IMG/VR virus record: IMGVR_UViG_3300024269_000017
Source: a virus
Lineage: Duplodnaviria > Heunggongvirae > Uroviricota > Caudoviricetes
Direction: 5' to 3' (one strand)
Length of the DNA stretch: 64,000 nucleotides
Shown: one piece after another, positions 57,142-63,928 of the stretch
Layout: each line of letters starts with the position of its first letter
How positions within the stretch are numbered: the first letter of the stretch is position 1
Position numbers and translations under genes: made by a program
Notes under the pieces: model-generated
What the model saw: the letters and a program-made list of their open reading frames with translations, nothing else
The model's database searches: none
What the model was told of the DNA's origin: nothing

Positions 57142-57546
57142 ATGGCTAAGGAACTTCAGTATCCTACCCCTGAGTGGTTGGACGCCATGGTCGATAAGAC
57201 TGGTTGCTCACTGGAAGAAGCCGAAATGGCATGGTGGGACAAGCAGATCGACAAGGGCAACCCTACCCCATGGGACTTGCCACCCGAGCAAGAGAAGGAA
57301 GCACGCAAGGCGAACCGACCCAAGGCTCACAAGGTGGTTGACCCTGCAGGCAAGACCCGAACCCGAGAACGCAAGCCCAACGAGGACAAGCGACTATTGG
57401 TGGACTGCCTGCACGACGCATTGAAGGACTTTGACAACTGCGAGGTTGTCAACCCCGAGCGTCAAGTGGACTTTGTGCTGAACGGCGTTTCCTATTCGGT
57501 TACGCTGACCGCCCACCGACCCCCCAAGGACAAGGGGAAGGGCTGA
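57142..57546 (+). CDS. hypothetical protein (134 aa)
   Basis: AAAGGAGGTCAAGAAC-ATG; TGA stop. Confidence 0.55.
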   Translation: MAKELQYPTPEWLDAMVDKTGCSLEEAEMAWWDKQIDKGNPTPWDLPPEQEKEARKANRPKAHKVVDPAGKTRTRERKPNEDKRLLVDCLHDALKDFDNCEVVNPERQVDFVLNGVSYSVTLTAHRPPKDKGKG

Positions 57547-57597
57547 TACCCTTCCCCAAGCCCCGAAAAAAAACTTGAAAAAAGTTTCAAAAAGGGC

Positions 57598-57626
57598 TTG
57601 ACAAACCGACCGACCTGTGGTATACT
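57598..57626 (+). promoter_or_regulatory. early promoter P6
   Basis: gcTTGACAaaccgaccgacctgtggTATACT with A-tract UP element. Confidence 0.6.
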
Positions 57627-57697
57627 TAAGATGTTCCAAGGGAAGGAACAAAACAAAACGACAGCGCCAAGAGCGCGGAAAGAAAGAGGTAATCGCT

Positions 57698-58066
57698 ATG
57701 ACTACTATCAATGTGAAGAATGAGAAGCTGACCTACGTGACCGCCCTGACCTACGCCATTGAGAACGGCAACCTGCCCACCGAGATCGCGGAAAAGCTGA
57801 TTGCCCTGCGTACTCAGCAGGAGAAGCGTAACAGCGGTGAGAAGAAGCCGACCAAGGTTCAGGAAGCCAACGTTGGCATCAAGCAGGTTATCCTGACTGC
57901 CCTTGAGGGTCAGGAAGCCAAGACCGTAAGCGAGATTCAGACCCTTGCTCCCGAGCTGGGCGAGCTGAGCAATCAGAAGGTTGCAAGCCTTGTCCGTCAG
58001 CTTGTGGAAGAGGGCAAGCTGACCCGAATCGAGGAGAAGCGCAAGGCGTATTTCCGCCTTGCCTGA
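57698..58066 (+). CDS. winged-helix DNA-binding protein, paralog 1 (122 aa)
   Basis: AGAGGTAATCGCT-ATG; C-terminal SNQKVASLVRQLVEEGKLTRIEEKRKAYF shared with 61254 and 63165 genes. Confidence 0.6.
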   Translation: MTTINVKNEKLTYVTALTYAIENGNLPTEIAEKLIALRTQQEKRNSGEKKPTKVQEANVGIKQVILTALEGQEAKTVSEIQTLAPELGELSNQKVASLVRQLVEEGKLTRIEEKRKAYFRLA

Positions 58067-58113
58067 CCCTCGCGGGGTGGTGAAAAAAACTTTCACCACC
58101 CCGAAAAAACCCC

Positions 58114-58142
58114 TTGACAACCTGCCTATCCTGTGCTATAAT
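58114..58142 (+). promoter_or_regulatory. early promoter P7
   Basis: ccccTTGACAacctgcctatcctgtgcTATAAT. Confidence 0.6.
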
Positions 58143-58187
58143 AGTATCAACGAAAGGGCAAGAGCCCGAACAACGAGGAGGATCCCC

Positions 58188-58445
58188 ATGAAGAACACCA
58201 TCGCTGCCACCCTGATCGCCAACTACGGTTTCGAAGCCCAGTCCAACTGCCTGTTCACTGGCAAGGGCTCTTGGCTGGCCTCTCACGAGACCGTCAAGGT
58301 CACCTTCCACGGTGACATGGTCACCATCGACCACTACCGCTTCTTCTGGGATGGCGGTGATGTGGAGTGGGAACGCTCCACGGTGGTCACCTGCCACCTC
58401 TCCCGACTGTGGGAGAACCTCCCCGAGTGGGTGCTCAGAGCCTGA
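58188..58445 (+). CDS. hypothetical protein (85 aa)
   Basis: GAGGAGGATCCCC-ATG; TGA stop. Confidence 0.55.
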   Translation: MKNTIAATLIANYGFEAQSNCLFTGKGSWLASHETVKVTFHGDMVTIDHYRFFWDGGDVEWERSTVVTCHLSRLWENLPEWVLRA

Positions 58446-58461
58446 GCCCCACTCTTTTTTT
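58425..58461 (+). terminator. rho-independent terminator
   Basis: GAGTGGG...CCCACTC stem with TTTTTTT; followed by a second GC hairpin. Confidence 0.5.
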
Positions 58462-58563
58462 ATTCGCCGGCGCGTGGGCGGGCGCTGCGCTTGCCCACTC
58501 GCCGAATTTCCGCGAGGAGCACCAGCCAGCAAAAAATAATTTGAAAAACTTGCAAAAAAGGTA

Positions 58564-58592
58564 TTGACAAATCATCCCGAATCTGCTATAAT
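58564..58592 (+). promoter_or_regulatory. early promoter P8
   Basis: gtaTTGACAaatcatcccgaatctgcTATAAT; near-identical to P18. Confidence 0.6.
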
Positions 58593-58642
58593 TAAACCAT
58601 CGAAAGGGAACACAGAGTCCCAACAGAAAGGAAGTTACTACT

Positions 58643-58894
58643 ATGATGACTGCCAAAGAAGCTAAGACCATGACCACCAACTACCTGACCGCCGAAGCTG
58701 ACAAGCACCTGCAGAAGATTGAAGACACCATTCAGATCTATGCCAGCAAGGGCAACACCTCCATGTATTACAGCAATGGTCTCAGCGGTGCCGACCCTCG
58801 CATCCAGTCCAAGGTATACAACACTATGGTTGAAGCAGGTTACAAGGTTCGTTGGTGTGAATCCAGCCTGCACATCAGCTGGGCAGATGCCTAA
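58643..58894 (+). CDS. hypothetical protein (83 aa)
   Basis: ORF track; aaaggaagttactact-ATG leader; TAA stop. Confidence 0.6.
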   Translation: MMTAKEAKTMTTNYLTAEADKHLQKIEDTIQIYASKGNTSMYYSNGLSGADPRIQSKVYNTMVEAGYKVRWCESSLHISWADA

Positions 58895-58913
58895 AAAAAG
58901 TTGCTCAGAGGGG

Positions 58914-58942
58914 TTGACAAATCCCTCTGAGCATGGTATAAT
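58914..58942 (+). promoter_or_regulatory. early promoter P9 with inverted repeat flanking -35
   Basis: GCTCAGAGGGG-TTGACAA-ATCCCCTCTGAGC then catgg-TATAAT. Confidence 0.6.
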
Positions 58943-58979
58943 AAGTACATCAAAAGGAACAAGAAAGGAAGTAACTACA

Positions 58980-59318
58980 ATGACTAAGAAGATTTCTCTG
59001 AATGACTGGACCTACATCGGCAAGTACAATCCTGCGGCCAAGTGGCTTCGTCCCCTCTGCTCCTACTCTCTGACCGAAGCTGGTGCCTATTCTGCAGATG
59101 GCAACCCCGACTATCGCCGCGATTGCAAGATTAGCTGGCCTGTGTATCTGCTCCTGTTCCTGCCTGTGCATCTACTTCAGTTGCTGGTGTGCCTGTGGGA
59201 TGGCGGCTTGAAAGAATTTGAAATTGCAAGTCGCCACATTGGGCATGATTACATCACTGCACATGGCGACAACAGCGGACGCTATCAGATGGCAAAAGAA
59301 ATTTGGGAAAAGGCTTGA
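58980..59318 (+). CDS. protein with C-terminal transmembrane segment (112 aa)
   Basis: aaaggaagtaactaca-ATG; WPVYLLLFLPVHLLQLLVCLW hydrophobic stretch; its TGA lies inside the -35 of P10. Confidence 0.55.
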   Translation: MTKKISLNDWTYIGKYNPAAKWLRPLCSYSLTEAGAYSADGNPDYRRDCKISWPVYLLLFLPVHLLQLLVCLWDGGLKEFEIASRHIGHDYITAHGDNSGRYQMAKEIWEKA

Positions 59319-59343
59319 CAAAGCCTTTCCCCTGTGGTATAAT
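59315..59343 (+). promoter_or_regulatory. early promoter P10
   Basis: gcTTGACAaagcctttcccctgtggTATAAT. Confidence 0.55.
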
Positions 59344-59371
59344 AAATGTATCAAATGAAGGAGTGATAAAC

Positions 59372-59545
59372 ATGGGTATCATGATCGGTGCTATTGTTGC
59401 AAGTCAGACCGCTATGAGAGTGGCGGCAATGAATGCCATGAAAAAAAATCTGGAAAATCAGAAAAAAGCTGTTGACAAACAGCCCAAAGTGTGCTATACT
59501 AATAATGTCGAAAGGGACAACAGAAAGGAAGGTAAACAAAAATGA
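59372..59545 (+). CDS. 57-aa peptide whose 3' half is embedded in promoter P11
   Basis: GAAGGAGTGATAAAC-ATG strong RBS; hydrophobic N-terminus; TGA overlaps the ATG of 59542 gene. Confidence 0.4.
   Translation: MGIMIGAIVASQTAMRVAAMNAMKKNLENQKKAVDKQPKVCYTNNVERDNRKEGKQK
59472..59500 (+). promoter_or_regulatory. early promoter P11
   Basis: gTTGACAaacagcccaaagtgtgcTATACT then aataatgtcgaaagggacaac. Confidence 0.6.
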
Positions 59546-59856
59546 TGAAGATCGAAATGACCAAACACGCTATGGTAGACCGCATTGACCGCTGTGTGTA
59601 CATTGCACAGAAGATTGGCTTCGGTGACAAGATTGTGTGCGAAGGTTTCCGCAGAGACAAGGGCACTCGGCAGTGCCTGTCCGAAACTGGTGTGCTGATT
59701 GTCAAGATGCCGGAAAGCGAAACCATGGTGACTGCTTACATTCCCACTCTTGAACAGGCTGGCATGATTTACAAGTCCGCAGGCTTGCACATGCCGAACT
59801 GGATGGCACAGAAAATCAAGAAGAATCAGAAGTATGCAAAGGGCTGTCCTGTGTGA
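59542..59856 (+). CDS. hypothetical protein (104 aa)
   Basis: ORF track; AAAGGAAGGTAAACAAAA-ATG. Confidence 0.6.
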   Translation: MMKIEMTKHAMVDRIDRCVYIAQKIGFGDKIVCEGFRRDKGTRQCLSETGVLIVKMPESETMVTAYIPTLEQAGMIYKSAGLHMPNWMAQKIKKNQKYAKGCPV

Positions 59857-59891
59857 CAGCCCTTTGCAAGAAAAAAATTTTCAAAAAGGTA

Positions 59892-59920
59892 TTGACAACC
59901 TGCCGAACCTATGGTATAAT
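59892..59920 (+). promoter_or_regulatory. early promoter P12
   Basis: aaaaattttcaaaaaggtaTTGACAacctgccgaacctatggTATAAT. Confidence 0.6.
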
Positions 59921-59952
59921 AAGTACAACGAAAGACGAAAGGAAGTAACACA

Positions 59953-60426
59953 ATGAACACTCTGCTTCTCACCTTCATCCTGCTGAACATCGCCAATGTT
60001 ATCATTCAGACCGTCAAGAGCATTGCAACCATCAAATGCGGAAAAGGGGTCGCCGCGATTGTTAACGCTGTTGCCTTCGGACTCTACACTGTGGTCACTG
60101 TCTACATGATGTGCGATTTGCCTCTTGCCACCAAGGCGCTGATTGTCGCAGGCTGTAACCTTGTGGGTGTGTATGTGGTCAAGTATTTTGAAGAAAAGGC
60201 AAGAAAAGACAAACTCTGGAAAGTCGAAGTCACCATTCCTGCCGAACAAGCAGAACAGATGATTGAAGATTGCAAATACTATGGATTCACTTACAACTAT
60301 GTGAACATCGAAAAGTATTTCTTGTTTAACTTCTATTGTCCCACTCAGCAGGACAGTCTGAATGTTAAGAAACTGTTACAGAGCTATGATGCAAAATACT
60401 TTGTGACTGAAAGCAAAAATTTGTGA
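59953..60426 (+). CDS. membrane protein, 2 predicted TM helices plus soluble C-terminal domain (157 aa)
   Basis: ORF track; aaaggaagtaacaca-ATG; hydrophobic N-terminal ~80 aa. Confidence 0.6.
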   Translation: MNTLLLTFILLNIANVIIQTVKSIATIKCGKGVAAIVNAVAFGLYTVVTVYMMCDLPLATKALIVAGCNLVGVYVVKYFEEKARKDKLWKVEVTIPAEQAEQMIEDCKYYGFTYNYVNIEKYFLFNFYCPTQQDSLNVKKLLQSYDAKYFVTESKNL

Positions 60427-60434
60427 GAAAGGGG

Positions 60435-60463
60435 TTGACAACCCCTCTCACATGTGGTATAAT
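60435..60463 (+). promoter_or_regulatory. early promoter P13 with inverted repeat flanking -35
   Basis: GTGAGAAAGGGG-TTGACAA-CCCCTCTCAC then atgtgg-TATAAT. Confidence 0.6.
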
Positions 60464-60493
60464 AAGTACATCAAAAGGAAAGAGGTAATGAAC

Positions 60494-60766
60494 ATGAGAG
60501 CAACTGGTATTGTAAGAAGAGTCGATGAACTGGGTCGCATTGTTATCCCCAAGGAAATCCGCAGGAACCTGAACATCAAAGAGGGCGATCCCCTTGAGAT
60601 GTATCTGGACAAGGAATACGGGCTTGTGATGAAGCCCTACCATGAAGAGCATCTGAGCTTTGACCGCCTGCAGTCTGAGTGGGAAAGCCTGAGCACCGCA
60701 AAGCGGCAGGAACTGATCTGCGAAATGGTGAACCACCTCGATGACCCCATCCGCTGTGAAGAGTGA
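60494..60766 (+). CDS. AbrB/MazE/SpoVT-family (swapped-hairpin) transcriptional regulator (~90 aa)
   Basis: N-terminus MRATGIVRRVDELGRIVIPKEIRRNLNIKEGDPLE matches AbrB-N domain pattern; AAAGAGGTAATGAAC-ATG. Confidence 0.6.
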   Translation: MRATGIVRRVDELGRIVIPKEIRRNLNIKEGDPLEMYLDKEYGLVMKPYHEEHLSFDRLQSEWESLSTAKRQELICEMVNHLDDPIRCEE

Positions 60767-60786
60767 CCGCAAGGTCACTCTTTTTT
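60761..60786 (+). terminator. rho-independent terminator (first of tandem pair)
   Basis: GAGTGACCgcaaGGTCACTC + TTTTTT. Confidence 0.7.
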
Positions 60787-60793
60787 CGCCCGC

Positions 60794-60820
60794 GCGCCCA
60801 CGAGCGTGGGCGCCGGTTTT
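60794..60820 (+). terminator. second tandem terminator
   Basis: GCGCCCACgagcGTGGGCGC cgg TTTT. Confidence 0.6.
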
Positions 60821-60912
60821 CCCGCGTATCCTTCCATTATACCATTTTTCGAGCAATTTGTCAATAGGCAAACTGCACAAACTTTTTCCCGAAACTTTGT
60901 GCAATCTGTCAA

Positions 60913-60941
60913 TAGACATTTGGGGTCTGATACTGTATAAT
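60913..60941 (+). promoter_or_regulatory. variant promoter (TAGACA-17-TATAAT) with conserved upstream TTTGTGCAATCTGTCAA element and palindrome
   Basis: caaTAGACAtttggggtctgatactgTATAATagataatgtcaggaggg; same architecture recurs at 62818. Confidence 0.5.
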
Positions 60942-61022
60942 AGATAATGTCAGGAGGGCACTGAGGTGATGCCGAGTGAAGCTGGTCGACAAAACTTCTT
61001 CAAAAAAAGTTTTGAAAAACCC

Positions 61023-61051
61023 TTGACAAAGCCGCCAAGATGTGATATACT
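61023..61051 (+). promoter_or_regulatory. early promoter P14b (drives ~90-nt leader RNA)
   Basis: cccTTGACAaagccgccaagatgtgaTATACT. Confidence 0.55.
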
Positions 61052-61143
61052 GATAGTGTCAAGAGGGCAAGGAACTGCAAGAGGAACCCTTCGGCGCTGA
61101 AGCGCACAGGATAAAAACTCAAAAAAAAAGTTTCAAAAACCCC

Positions 61144-61172
61144 TTGACAAACACCGCAAGGTGTGGTACAAT
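61144..61172 (+). promoter_or_regulatory. early promoter P14c
   Basis: ccccTTGACAaacaccgcaaggtgtggTACAAT. Confidence 0.55.
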
Positions 61173-61253
61173 AAGGATGTCGAAAGGGCAAGGCGCCAGC
61201 CCCACTCGACAGTCACTAACACCAATCGACAAGAAAGAAAGAGGTAATGAATC

Positions 61254-61607
61254 ATGGAAAAGATGACTTATGTGAAGGCTCTGGAAGTTGCTCTGAACTG
61301 CGAAGCTCTGTCTGCCGAAGTGCGTGAGAAGCTGTCTGCTCTGCGTGACCAGCAGGTCAAGCGTAACTCTGCGGAGAAGAAGCCCACCAAGACCCAGCAG
61401 GCGAATGAGGGCGTGAAGTCCCATGTGCTGGAAGTGCTGGCTTCCTGCGCCCAGCCTGTGACTGTGTCTGAACTGATGCAGGCTGATGAAGAGCTGTCCC
61501 AGCTCTCCAATCAGAAGGTCGCTTCGCTGGTTCGCCAGCTGGTGGAAGCTGGCAAGGTTCAGCGACTGGAAGAGAAGCGCAAGGCTTACTTCACTCTGGT
61601 GAAGTGA
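61254..61607 (+). CDS. winged-helix DNA-binding protein, paralog 2 (117 aa)
   Basis: ORF track; AGAGGTAATGAATC-ATG; shares SNQKVASLVRQLVEAGK...EEKRKAYF with paralogs. Confidence 0.65.
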   Translation: MEKMTYVKALEVALNCEALSAEVREKLSALRDQQVKRNSAEKKPTKTQQANEGVKSHVLEVLASCAQPVTVSELMQADEELSQLSNQKVASLVRQLVEAGKVQRLEEKRKAYFTLVK

Positions 61608-61667
61608 CCTTGCGGGGCAGGGGTAAAACCCTGCCCCATCTTCCCGAAAAAAAGTTTCAAAAAGGTA

Positions 61668-61696
61668 TTGACAAACAGCCCAACATCTGCTATAAT
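61668..61696 (+). promoter_or_regulatory. early promoter P15
   Basis: aaaaagtttcaaaaaggtaTTGACAaacagcccaacatctgcTATAAT. Confidence 0.6.
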
Positions 61697-61740
61697 AGAT
61701 AATGTCGAAAGGCAATAGAACAAGAAAGAGGTAATGCAAA

Positions 61741-62397
61741 ATGAATCGCCACTTCTACATTCTGATGGATACTGAAACTGCCAACGGTCTGGATTGCCCC
61801 ATCAACTACAATACCGCATGGTCTGTAATTGACCAGCACGGCAACACCTACGAAAACTTCAATTTCATCAACCGCGACATTTTCTTTGACCGTCCCGAAC
61901 TCATGCAGTCCGCATACTACGCCCACAAGATTCCGCAGTATCTTGAACAGATTGAACGCGGCGAAATCAAGGTTGCAACGTGGTACGAAATCCGCAAGGC
62001 GTTCCGCGACTGTTGCGAAAAGTACAACATCAAGGCAGTTATCGCCCACAATGCCCGATTCGACTATCGCTCCTGCACGATGACCCAGCGTTACGAAACC
62101 TGCTCCAAGTATCGCTACTTCTTCCCGAAGGGCGTTGAAATTTGGGACACGCTGGCAATGGCTCGTGATGTGGTCGCCCCGATGCCCACTTACCGCAAGT
62201 GGTGCGAAACCAACGGTTTCACCTTGAAGAACGGACAGCCCCGACTGACCGCCGAAATCCTGTTCCGCTTCATCTCCAAGGACATTGACTTTGTGGAAGA
62301 ACACAAGGCAATGGAAGATGTGAACATCGAAAAGGAAATCTTTTGGTACTGCATCCGCAAGCACAAGGCAATGCGTCGAAAGGCTTTCAAGGACTGA
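61741..62397 (+). CDS. DnaQ-like DEDDh 3'-5' exonuclease (218 aa)
   Basis: YILMDTETANG (Exo I), AHNARFDYR (Exo II), EEHKAMEDV (Exo III H-x4-D) motif pattern; AGAGGTAATGCAAA-ATG. Confidence 0.6.
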   Translation: MNRHFYILMDTETANGLDCPINYNTAWSVIDQHGNTYENFNFINRDIFFDRPELMQSAYYAHKIPQYLEQIERGEIKVATWYEIRKAFRDCCEKYNIKAVIAHNARFDYRSCTMTQRYETCSKYRYFFPKGVEIWDTLAMARDVVAPMPTYRKWCETNGFTLKNGQPRLTAEILFRFISKDIDFVEEHKAMEDVNIEKEIFWYCIRKHKAMRRKAFKD

Positions 62398-62404
62398 AAA
62401 AGTC

Positions 62405-62433
62405 CTTGACAGCCGCCCCAAAGTGTGATATAA
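62405..62433 (+). promoter_or_regulatory. early promoter P16
   Basis: gtccTTGACAgccgccccaaagtgtgaTATAAT. Confidence 0.6.
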
Positions 62434-62465
62434 TAAGTACATCAAAAGGAAAGAGGTAATTGACC

Positions 62466-62702
62466 ATGACTCAGTTTCAGTATGAAGTAAATGTTTACGA
62501 AGAAGACCACGTCCTGTCCTGCAAGACCAACAATCCCCGCACCGCCTGCCAGTTTATGCTGGATCATGCCGACTGCTATCTTGATGTCATCAACGGTTTT
62601 ACTGGTGAAGTGCTCGCTGTGATGAACCATGAGAATGCTTACTGTCAAGAGGATTTCGGGCTGATGCTTCTCGGCTATATGACCGAAACAATTTGGGGCT
62701 GA
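62466..62702 (+). CDS. hypothetical protein (78 aa)
   Basis: AAAGAGGTAATTGACC-ATG; TGA stop. Confidence 0.55.
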   Translation: MTQFQYEVNVYEEDHVLSCKTNNPRTACQFMLDHADCYLDVINGFTGEVLAVMNHENAYCQEDFGLMLLGYMTETIWG

Positions 62703-62728
62703 CCCTTCGGGGTTGGCTCTTTTCTTTT
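62697..62728 (+). terminator. rho-independent terminator (first of tandem pair)
   Basis: GGCTGACCCttcgGGGTTGGCT + CTTTTCTTTT. Confidence 0.6.
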
Positions 62729-62731
62729 GAG

Positions 62732-62763
62732 CCGGTCGTGCGCGGGCCACACGACCGGTTTTT
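62732..62763 (+). terminator. second tandem terminator
   Basis: CCGGTCGTGcgcgggccaCACGACCGG + TTTTT. Confidence 0.7.
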
Positions 62764-62817
62764 CCGCAATGGGCAGATCTACCAAGAAATTCGCTGAAAA
62801 TTTGTGCATTTTGCCAA

Positions 62818-62846
62818 TAGACATTTTATCCCGAAAGTGGTATACT
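62818..62846 (+). promoter_or_regulatory. variant promoter (TAGACA-17-TATACT), second copy
   Basis: tttgtgcattttgccaaTAGACAttttatcccgaaagtggTATACTaataatgtcaggagggg. Confidence 0.5.
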
Positions 62847-62938
62847 AATAATGTCAGGAGGGGAGGCCAAGAAACCGAGAGGCGGCCGACTCTCAGGAAG
62901 TAGAGGAAGAAAACTTGAAAAAAAGTTTCCGAAACCTC

Positions 62939-62967
62939 TTGACAAACCACTGACCCTGTGGTATAAT
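62939..62967 (+). promoter_or_regulatory. early promoter P17b (drives ~95-nt structured leader RNA)
   Basis: ctcTTGACAaaccactgaccctgtggTATAAT. Confidence 0.55.
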
Positions 62968-63090
62968 AAGGGTGTCAGGTGAGGGAAGCAACTGACAGTC
63001 GCTTAGCCAAGGTAGCCTGCGGAGTGGGTGCGCAACACTCCATGGTTAGACCCTGTGCAAGCGAAGCGAAAAAAAAGTTTGCGAAACCCC

Positions 63091-63119
63091 TTGACAAACA
63101 ACTGAATAGGTGCTATAAT
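63091..63119 (+). promoter_or_regulatory. early promoter P17c
   Basis: ccccTTGACAaacaactgaataggtgcTATAAT. Confidence 0.6.
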
Positions 63120-63164
63120 AAGAGTGTCCTAAGGGACAAGACAAAAAGAAAGAGGTAATGAATC

Positions 63165-63572
63165 ATGATGAAGTTCACTAAGAAGGTTGCTCTGGAAGTC
63201 GCTATCAATGCTATCGAGAACTCCACCCTGCCCAACTGGTCTTTCACTGAGGGCGAGGAAACCCTGACCATCTCCAAAGCGGAAGCCATCGAGAAGCTCC
63301 AGAAGATGATTGAGCAGTTGGAGGCTAAGTCCAACGCTCCCAAGAAGCCCACTAAGGTGCAGGAAGCCAACGAGGGTGTCAAGGACATCATCAAGGCTGT
63401 GCTGGAAGGTCAGTCCCCCATGACTGTCTCCGAAATCATGACCCACTCTGCGGAACTGAGTGCCCTGTCCAACCAGAAGGTCGCCTCTCTGGTGCGCCAG
63501 ATGGTCGAGGCTGGCGTGCTGGTTCGCACTGAGGAAAAGCGCAAGGCTTTCTTCGCCCTCGCTCAGGGCTGA
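63165..63572 (+). CDS. winged-helix DNA-binding protein, paralog 3 (135 aa)
   Basis: ORF track; AGAGGTAATGAATC-ATG; shares SNQKVASLVRQMVEAG...EEKRKAFF. Confidence 0.65.
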   Translation: MMKFTKKVALEVAINAIENSTLPNWSFTEGEETLTISKAEAIEKLQKMIEQLEAKSNAPKKPTKVQEANEGVKDIIKAVLEGQSPMTVSEIMTHSAELSALSNQKVASLVRQMVEAGVLVRTEEKRKAFFALAQG

Positions 63573-63576
63573 GCCT

Positions 63577-63601
63577 GAGACCCCGAAAGGGGTCTCTTTT
63601 T
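63577..63601 (+). terminator. rho-independent terminator (first of tandem pair)
   Basis: GAGACCCCgaaaGGGGTCTC + TTTTT. Confidence 0.7.
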
Positions 63602-63607
63602 CTTGGG

Positions 63608-63638
63608 CTGCTCGCGGACGGGCGCCGCGAGCAGTTTT
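63608..63638 (+). terminator. second tandem terminator
   Basis: CTGCTCGCGGacgggcgCCGCGAGCAG + TTTT. Confidence 0.6.
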
Positions 63639-63693
63639 CCGCGATACACTAGACCCACCGAAAAATTTTCTTGAAAAATCGGCATTTTAGGGG

Positions 63694-63722
63694 TTGACAG
63701 ATTATCCCGAATCTGATATAAT
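63694..63722 (+). promoter_or_regulatory. early promoter P18 (near-duplicate of P8)
   Basis: ggggTTGACAgattatcccgaatctgaTATAAT. Confidence 0.6.
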
Positions 63723-63749
63723 AGAACCATCGAAAGGAGCTGATCTGAA

Positions 63750-63890
63750 ATGTTCACCTGTCCTGCACTCTGTATCCTTGGTCTGGTTCTCTCTATGTGG
63801 GGATTCATCTGGGGTATCTTCTTCCAGGAATTCCTGTGGCTGTGTGTAGCTGGTTTTGCGCTGGGCTGGATGTTTTCTAAAGATTGTTGA
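63750..63890 (+). CDS. 46-aa hydrophobic membrane peptide
   Basis: AAAGGAGCTGATCTGAA-ATG; two hydrophobic helices; TGA stop. Confidence 0.45.
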   Translation: MFTCPALCILGLVLSMWGFIWGIFFQEFLWLCVAGFALGWMFSKDC

Positions 63891-63899
63891 AATTAGGGG

Positions 63900-63928
63900 T
63901 TGACAAACTGCCCCAACTGTGTTATAAT
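63900..63928 (+). promoter_or_regulatory. early promoter P19
   Basis: ggggTTGACAaactgccccaactgtgtTATAAT. Confidence 0.6.

Noticed and set aside
57540-57600. GGGGAAGGG...CCCTTCCCC and GGGGTGGTG...CACCACCCC hairpins after genes 57142 and 57698 as rho-independent terminators
   Set aside because: They are followed by A-runs (the UP element of the next promoter) rather than U-runs on the plus strand, so intrinsic termination is doubtful. Not listed as terminators.
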